Source: Octopus sinensis (taxonomy: Eukaryota). From it: 26,214 nt of DNA. Positions 19,488 through 26,214 of the stretch are shown here, in pieces; positions within the stretch are counted from its first letter, which is position 1; each line of letters opens with the position of its first letter. Made by a program: the position numbers and the translations under genes. The notes under the pieces were generated by a model. That model did no database searches, was not told the origin of the DNA, and saw only the letters and a program-made list of their open reading frames with translations. The stretch covers positions 1 through 26,214 of the forward strand of contig NW_021835592.1 of assembly GCF_006345805.1 (NCBI RefSeq), written 5' to 3'.

Positions 19488-20380
19488 AGATAAATATATA
19501 AAAATCATCGGCGGCGGAGTGTCGACTGACTAGTTTCGCATTAATTTAAACTCATCAGGGAACGTTAGCTCGTCTCTCAGCTTTATTAAGGATTTTGATT
19601 GGTGTCGCATAGTTGATGACCTCTACTTCTGCATCTATTGATAGCTATCAATCACGAGAAATGTAAGCGATATTGATCTCAACAACGTTAAATATCTGAA
19701 CGTGAAGTGAAGAGCCTAAATATACTAAAACGTGAATTGCTCTGCGACTTTTAATAGTCATTATTTATATTTATATAATAATTAATAATTAAATTTATAT
19801 AATAATTAATATCTTTATACTTATTCATGCAGTACATACATCCACTATATAGGCATACAAATAGGCGTGTCAGTTTGTGTGCGCGCGTGTGTACACGCAT
19901 ACGTGTCCGTGTATGTATGTATGTTATGTATTTATGTATGTATGTATTTATGTATGTATGTAACTGCATGTTCATCTAAAGAATATACATGAATACTTAC
20001 GCATATTTTCGCGGACGCAGACACAAATACATATATACAAAGAAGTCTAGACGATTGTGTATGCATGCATGCATCGTGCATACGTTCATACACAATATAC
20101 ATATAAACATTACATATATACATATACACATATTAGCGAGCACAAACATACTTGTATACGTAAACGCACACACACATAAACACACACACATACATGATAC
20201 ATACGTACATGCATACAATGAGACGGAGACCCGCATGTACGCAACATCTGAGGAACGCGAACCATCAAAGCTATCATACACATCTAAACAAAAATAACAT
20301 CAAATGACGACAACAATAGCTACAACAACTACAACAACAACAACTACAACAACATTGTCCATAATAAAACCCTCCTCCAT

Positions 20381-20546
20381 ATCCCATCAGGTAAGAGCGG
20401 AAGTGAAACAATTGCAGTGTGACGGCTGATGGTGGTGAGGCTGATCGACGAGAACCGGAAATGCCTCCATCATGAACGAATCACTTCGGTGTTTTGAAAA
20501 AGACTCTCAAGTCGTACAAAGTACAATTACAACCAAAATGGCTGCC
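20381..20546 (+). promoter_or_regulatory. Candidate regulatory island: splice donor, two ETS motifs, YY1 motif
   Basis: CAG|GTAAGA at 20390/20391; GCGGAAGTG 20397-20405; ACCGGAAATG 20454-20463; AAAATGGCTGCC 20535-20546; motif match only. Confidence 0.3.
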
Positions 20547-20904
20547 TGCCTGGCTTCTGTCCTAGCGTCGCTAACAATGACATCATATTATAAATTGCAA
20601 GCGTATCGAAGACGTTAAATGACGGTTGTTGTTGTTGTTATTGTTGTTGTTGTTGTTGTTGTTGATGTTGTCGCTCACTTTGATGTAGATGTTGGTGTTG
20701 CTGTAGATATTGTTAGTCTAGATGTTCAGTTACATTGTTATAGCTATTGGTACTGTTGTTGTTATTGTGGTTGTTTTTGCAGTTGTAATAAGTGATGTTG
20801 TTGTTGTTGTTGTTATCACGGGTAGATTGATCCGCTTTGATATTTAATTGATAGCGGATTAAACCACTTTAATGATGAAATAAGCACGATAAGTAATACA
20901 AAGA

Positions 20905-20990
20905 TAACAATAATAATAATAACAATAATAATAATAATAATAATAATAGTAGTAATAATAATAACAACAATTATTATTTTTATTAGAATG

Positions 20991-21021
<31 letters not shown>

Positions 21022-21032
21022 TAATAATAATA

Positions 21033-21076
<44 letters not shown>

Positions 21077-21205
21077 TAATAATAATAATAATAATAATAA
21101 TAAGAAGAAGAAGAAGAAAAGAAGAAGAAGAAGAAGAAGAAGAAGAAGAAGAAGAAGAAGAAGAATAGCAACAACAACAAAAGCAACAACGATGATGATG
21201 ATGAT
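20905..21205. repeat. Compound (AAT)n-(AAG)n-(AAC)n-(GAT)n microsatellite
   Basis: Direct inspection. Confidence 0.95.
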
Positions 21206-21330
21206 TTCATTTATTTCTGTTTTGGCCACAAGGGTGATAAACGAGTGTTAGTTGGTAGAAGAGAGATTACAAAGGTCAGTGGATGGGGTGGGGCGGCGAG
21301 AAAACAAACGATGAAATAAAATACAGTTTA
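21206..21330 (-). mobile_element. Probable Tx1-like LINE 3' tail fragment
   Basis: Reverse complement ends ACCCTTGTGGCCAAAACAGAAATAAATGAAAT, matching 6619-6640, preceded by pyrimidine-rich UTR-like sequence. Confidence 0.45.
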
Positions 21331-21927
21331 AAATGAATTGTCTTAAGTAAAGGGAACAGGGATCTGGTTTGGTTACGGAATCCTGGAAGTTGTCTGGAAA
21401 CAAATTTACTTACGATCTAATGAGGTTATACACGAAACAATATGTAATTTCGTGTACGTGTGTGTATTATTTTTAACAAGGAGGAAGTTGACTGGGACCT
21501 CAAAGTTTCAGATCAGCTGCATTTATCGGAGTCTGACGAAGGGAACTGAACAGAGACATCGAAGTCACCTTTAAATATTTTTCCATGCTTAAATGAATGT
21601 GATGTTGCATTATGCTTCGGTTAATATAATGTTGTTGCTTTTTTCATATATATATATATATAACTCTATATAAATATAAACACACACTTGCACACATATC
21701 TCTGTTGAATATCTTAGAAAGAAAAATCAGTCACAAGGAATGGCAGTATCTCTTCTTTATTAAAACATCCATGAATTTTCTTTTATATCTGAATATAACG
21801 AACGAAATGATACCTCCCTTACTCCTGACTCGTTTTTCTTTCTATCATGACCCTCTACACAACAAAGAGCTTTTCATACATGTCAACACACACACACACA
21901 TATACAAAATGATGAATGGATTGATAG

Positions 21928-21944
21928 ACAAATAGATAGATAGG

Positions 21945-22008
<64 letters not shown>
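21928..22008. repeat. (GATA)n
   Basis: Direct inspection. Confidence 0.97.
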
Positions 22009-22280
22009 CAAACAAATCGGTGTATGTGTGTGTGTGTGTGGCAGTGGGGCAGTTCCCATTATTTTAGCTATGGTATGCAATTTCAAAACCTCAAGCTTGA
22101 ATATTGAAGTTGAAGGTGGGGTACGTTCACATTGTGTGTGCCCTCTTTCCAGTTGTGTTACATAAAAATGAAAGATTTACGGTAAAACCTGATTTGTCAT
22201 TTGCATTTATTTTTAGGTTTGAGTATACATTGCATGCCATGTAGTCATGTGGGAAACAATGCTAATGATATATATATATA

Positions 22281-22415
22281 TAGAGAGAGAGAGAGAGGAG
22301 AGGGAGGAGGAGAGAGAGAGGAGGAGAGAGAGAGGGGGAGAGAGAGAGGAAGTGAGAGGGAGAGAGAGAGAGGAAGTGAGAGGGAGAGGAAGTGAGAGGG
22401 AGAGGAAGTGAGAGG

Positions 22416-22490
<75 letters not shown>
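22281..22490. repeat. (GA)n homopurine tract with four GGAAGTGAGAGGG interruptions
   Basis: Direct inspection. Confidence 0.95.
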
Positions 22491-22495
<5 letters not shown>

Positions 22496-22615
22496 TTTAG
22501 CTGGCTAATCCAGTGTCGGTTATTAAACTATTACACATTCCATGTCATGAAACTGAAAGCGAGTCGGTTTTCTAAAAATCTGAACAGAATCCCATCTGTT
22601 TGTTTATCGCGGATA

Positions 22616-22900
22616 TTGTTGTTATTTAGCCCCCGGTCGATCCTGACCAAACAGCTCAGGACTGATGAAAAGCATTCCACTCATGATCATTTGGTGTTTT
22701 TTCTCGTACTTTTGTATTGTTCGGGTATATTGCACTACGGTACTAGATTCTCTAATATGGTTTTTGAAAGACAATACTGTGTCATTTCGGGTATATTGTA
22801 CCACGGTACTAGATTCTCTAATATGGTTTTTGAAAGACAATACTGTGTCATTTCAGAATGGTTTAGCTGTTATTTCTAGCATATCGAACAACCACATAGA
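22616..22900 (-). mobile_element. Dispersed repeat family C with internal 66-bp tandem duplication
   Basis: Head homology to 8258-8300 and 24530-24570; duplicated unit at 22721-22786 and 22787-22852. Confidence 0.65.
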
Positions 22901-23214
22901 TATCTACTTGTTAGTTTAAGAAAGGCGTGAATGCTACAAAACTATCACCTGTATTGCATTATCATAATGAGTTCATTTAATCAAAAATATGGTGCTTGTG
23001 TGATAAACTCAACAAGAACGTCATTTGATATAGTCAAGACAAGACCACGTGACCAAACGTAATTAATCAGTGTCCGCTTGATTAGTCCTTCATTAGTCGA
23101 ATCTAATGTAACATGTGGCCGTATCGATTGACACTAACTCCGAAACGATTTTATAAAAAAGCGTATTTAACATACGCAAATACAAACGTACAATGCGTTA
23201 TCGTGTGCATGAAC

Positions 23215-23251
23215 ATATGTGTGTGTATGTGTGTGTGTGTGGTGTGTGTGT

Positions 23252-23325
<74 letters not shown>

Positions 23326-23330
23326 GTGTG
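23215..23330. repeat. (TG)n
   Basis: Direct inspection. Confidence 0.97.
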
Positions 23331-23656
23331 ATTCCAAAATTTCATTTTGGTATTTATGGGAGTAAAATGTTTTCGAAGACGCATTTTGTCGTTGAATGCT
23401 CGAAATGAATAGTAGATAGACTGAGCCGACAACTGATAAAGGGTCGTTCTTGGTGTTACTTGTCCTGTTTTTCATTTTTTTTTCTTTCGTTGTTTGCGTA
23501 TTTAACTCGTTTCTTTACGTATTTCATGTTATTTGCACCGTTGGTGATGTCCTATATCCACATATACAAATATTATTTATATTATATATATACTGATATA
23601 TATATATATGTAGACACGCGCGTATGATTGTTCTTGATTAAGGAATAGAGCCATGT

Positions 23657-23891
23657 GAGGGCGCATGGCCGAACGGTTAAGGTGTTGCATTCATGAAAGC
23701 GAGATCGTGGTTTCAAATCATGGATCGGACGGTGCGTTGTGTTGTCAAGTAAAACACTACATTCCACGTTGTTTTGCGACATGTGACATGTGGCACACTT
23801 GTACAGCTCTTCATATAACATCAATTTCATGGATGGGAGTGAGCCGCTTATGTACGCCACAAACATTTTGATCCCTCGAAACAAATCATTT
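23657..23891 (+). mobile_element. tRNA-derived CORE-type SINE (family D)
   Basis: A-box like TGGCCGAACGG (23666), B-box like GGTTTCAAATC (23709), CORE-like TGTTGTCAAGTAAAACACTACATTCCAC. Confidence 0.65.
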
Positions 23892-23949
23892 AAAAAAAAA
23901 AAAAATTGCAGAGCCGTCTTTCTCGAACTGCGAGAGACTTCCATCAAGC

Positions 23950-24142
23950 TTAGAGCCAGTAGTTTTGAATAAAGGGGCTTTGTGAATTAAATCGACCCTC
24001 AGAATATAACTGGTACTTTTATTACCGAGCTGTGAAAGTTGAAATTCAAAGTCGACTTCGGTGGGATGTAAATTCAGAATGCAAAGAAAACCCGGAAATA
24101 ATACCACAAGGCAATTCCAGCATTCCAACGATTCTGCCAATA
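23950..24142 (-). mobile_element. SINE family A, decayed
   Basis: AATCGACCCTCAG...CTGGTACTT...CAAAGTCGACTTCGGTGGGATGTAAATTCAGAATG...AACGATTCTGCCA. Confidence 0.75.
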
Positions 24143-24184
24143 TATATTGGTACTTTTAATATGAAACGATTCGAGGATGAAAGG

Positions 24185-24312
24185 TCCTTCCCGAGCCACC
24201 ATTGGCTCATTGGGCCCGTTTCCCGGATCCCGACTCGTATATGTCTCCGCCACTGGACGTGCTGCCCGTCCATCCCTGGATTACTCCTCTTTTTGCTGGC
24301 TGAGCGGACTGT
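24185..24312 (-). mobile_element. SINE 3' half (V/CORE-SINE-like tail, possibly a family D variant)
   Basis: Reverse complement CCGCTCAGCCAGCAAAAAGAGGAGTAATCCAGGGATGGACGGGCAGCACGTCCAG...GGGAAACGGGCCCAATGAGCC...GGCTCGGGAAGG; recognition only. Confidence 0.5.
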
Positions 24313-24420
24313 TTACTATACAGATATATCTATTCTTTAAATTATATACACCCAAGAAGTATATAACTGCTAGAGGGTTTATATTGACAACTGAAGGATC
24401 TGACATTAGAGCATTAGACA

Positions 24421-24422
24421 TA

Positions 24423-24476
<54 letters not shown>

Positions 24477-24482
24477 GTGATG
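24421..24482. repeat. (GAT)n
   Basis: Direct inspection. Confidence 0.97.
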
Positions 24483-24524
24483 CAAAAAGAGGACAATGGC
24501 GGAGATTATTATTGTTGCTTCGCC

Positions 24525-24597
24525 TGAAGTAGCTGACCTTCTAGAAATAACAACCAAATCCCTCACAAATGGTACCCTACTATTTTAAAAAAGAAAG
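24525..24597 (+). mobile_element. Dispersed repeat family C fragment
   Basis: GACCTTCTAGAAATAACAACCAAATCCCTCACAAAT matches the other C copies. Confidence 0.55.
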
Positions 24598-24874
24598 CTC
24601 AGCAACAGTTAGGCTGCTGCTCCTAAGGGCCTCATTAAGGGGTTCTTTGTTGGCCTTGGACCTTTTATAAAGAGTTTTTTCAGGCTTATTCTATTTATAG
24701 GTTATTGGGCAGCTTTTTGATAGACTTTTAAGACTGGATTATTTTAATTTCTGCATACATAATCATTGCCATTGGTGGGTAAAAAAGAAAGAGAGAGATG
24801 TGCGGTATTTTTATATCAAATAACACATAAATGGAGAGTGTGCATGTGAAATTGGAAAAGAAACAATTATTGTT

Positions 24875-25192
24875 ACTTATTCCACCTATTTTCGTGCTGA
24901 GTTCAAATTCCGGCAAGGATGTAAAATATGTGTCAGTCAAGTACCGAGATGAATTTAATAGACTAACCCACTGCCCCTGTCAATCTAATCGACTAACCTA
25001 CTGCCCCCCGTCAATGTAATCGATTAACCCACTGCCCCTGTCAATCTAATCGACTAGCCCACTGCCCCTATCAATCTAATCGACTAACCCACTGCCCCTG
25101 TCAATCTAATCGACTAACCCACTGCCCCTGTCAATCTAATCGGCTTACCCACTGCTCCTAAAACTGCCTGGCCTCTGCTAAAACACGAAACC
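24875..25192 (+). mobile_element. Decayed SINE family A containing a 30-bp minisatellite
   Basis: CTGAGTTCAAATTCCG (B box) at 24898; short tail AAAACTGCCTGGCCTCTGCTAAAACACGAAACC at 25160-25192. Confidence 0.7.
24950..25160 (+). repeat. 30-bp minisatellite, 7 units, consensus TCAATCTAATCGACTAACCCACTGCCCCTG
   Basis: Units start at 24950, 24980, 25011, 25041, 25071, 25101 and 25131; no spacers. Confidence 0.95.
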
Positions 25193-25229
25193 AAATTTAT
25201 GATCGTTAAAGTCGCTCCTCTTTGGATTC

Positions 25230-26026
25230 GAGTATATTCAAATGGCGGCAAACTTTTTCTTAATGTGGTTTTTCTTTATTTTCATACAAAAACTTGCTGT
25301 CGAACCATTTGGACGTCAAACTTTTACTGGGGGTGGCGGGGGGAATAAATGACAAGAAATTTCTTCTTTTTTTTGTTTTCGTTGCTTGTCATTTTTAAAG
25401 ACTCTATTTTTCTCACACACTGAAACATTTATTTCAAGTTTCCGCCCCGATCCTCAGGCAACGCCCCGAGAAAGAATGCCAGCAAAAACATCATTCAAAA
25501 AAAAAGTTTAAAAGAAATATTAATAACCATACAAAACAATCGCCAATAACAACAAAAACAAATGATATTGCAGCTGGAGACGTATCATCACTGACATCAC
25601 ATTTGACAGCAGCAGCAGCAGCAGCCGTTCAAGAATTTGGACCTGGAGAGCTCCATTTCCAGAGACATCGAGGTCCACCTCCGAGTGGTGTCGGGCGTCA
25701 ACGAAGAGCCCTCGACTACAACAAGACGACCAAAGTCTTTTTTTTTTGCCAAGGTCTGGGGTCTCCCGCCCTTAAGCCCTAGACCATCACCTAATTACTC
25801 TTACCCGTCTCATTGCTTAACAACAACAACAGCAACAACAGCAACAGCAGTAGTCGTAGAAGTAAACATTAGAACAGGTACACAGGCTGCGTCACTGGAC
25901 ACAAGTATACCTGTAAAAACCCTAAACACGAAATATTCCACGGAAAGGATAAATCCATGGATTATTTTGTCGCACAATCCAGTGACTATTTGCCAGAATT
26001 TCTTGTACAGGTACGCGAGGAGTTAA
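25230..26026 (+). other. Unique, relatively GC/CpG-rich island; candidate promoter or exon of an unidentified gene
   Basis: YY1-like CAAATGGCGGC (25239), GC boxes (25441, 25461), CCAAT (25543), polypyrimidine tract ending TTTTAAAG at 25400, overlapping stop-free frames 25399-25781 and 25607-26026; no recognisable protein family. Confidence 0.25.
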
Positions 26027-26214
26027 AATAACAGTTCAGACTAGTCAAGACTACAGACACCTTACGTGTATTATTCAGGGAGCAATTAGAAGCAGTCCTC
26101 ACAAATGCGTGGGTTGGTGAGGTGGGAAAATGTCCCCTATTGTGAGAAGAGAAGCATTTGGCAATAACAGTGTAAGCTACGATCTACGAGTGGTGCGACC
26201 ATAGCTGGATTCAA

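Noticed and set aside
21533-21575. Hammerhead ribozyme core CTGACGA-AGGG...
   Set aside because: No complementary stem II or GAAA follows (ATCGAAGTC instead); at best a dead Penelope-type relic
23657-23735. tRNA gene (also the heads at 3862, 8862 and 9366)
   Set aside because: A/B-box-like motifs are present but there is no intact cloverleaf, and each continues into a SINE body
88-24527. ORF-track entries rich in HT/CV/YI/poly-Y/I/M/L/E
   Set aside because: They are translations of di- and trinucleotide microsatellites with no domain content
24950-25160. CRISPR-like 30-bp repeat array
   Set aside because: Units are contiguous without unique spacers, derive from a SINE, and there are no cas genes in this eukaryotic context
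25347-25394. Hairpin AAATGACAAG...CTTGTCATTT as a pre-miRNA
   Set aside because: Stem is only 10 bp with a poorly pairing T-rich interior, too short for a canonical precursor
25697-25717. RQRR-ALD resembling the TGF-beta1 furin site and mature N-terminus
   Set aside because: Only about 7 residues match, no cystine-knot cysteines follow, and the frame stops about 20 codons later; likely chance

Overview
Eukaryotic, AT-rich non-coding DNA dense in microsatellites and retroposons. It is very likely an octopus (coleoid cephalopod) intron or intergenic region, inferred from my recognition of the SINE families and the extreme simple-repeat load. No intact protein-coding gene, rRNA, true tRNA or CRISPR array is supported. 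Nearly all ORFs in the supplied track are translations of simple repeats or antisense reads of transposon relics. Recognisable content: about 12 copies of a tRNA-derived SINE (family A), 4 copies of a SINE carrying an internal microsatellite (family B), copies of two further dispersed repeats (C, D), a decayed CR1-group LINE reverse-transcriptase fragment (11570-12490), a decayed maT/DD37D-type Tc1/mariner transposon (18320-19487) and 3' ends of a probable Tx1/L1-clade LINE. The most interesting signal is a possible SINE-targeting retrotransposition system. A long-tailed variant of SINE A shares its 3' end with the Tx1-like LINE. Three SINE tails join another SINE A copy at exactly the same motif (GGTATTTCGTC, between the A and B boxes), and the LINE tail joins within about 6 nt of it, giving head-less tandem SINE dimers and trimers. 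Other oddities are a 145-bp near-perfect palindrome, a SINE-born 30-bp minisatellite, a cryptic 26-bp minisatellite, a templated duplication with micro-inversion, and two unique islands with promoter/exon-like motifs. Family names A-D are my in-window labels; repeat boundaries are approximate.
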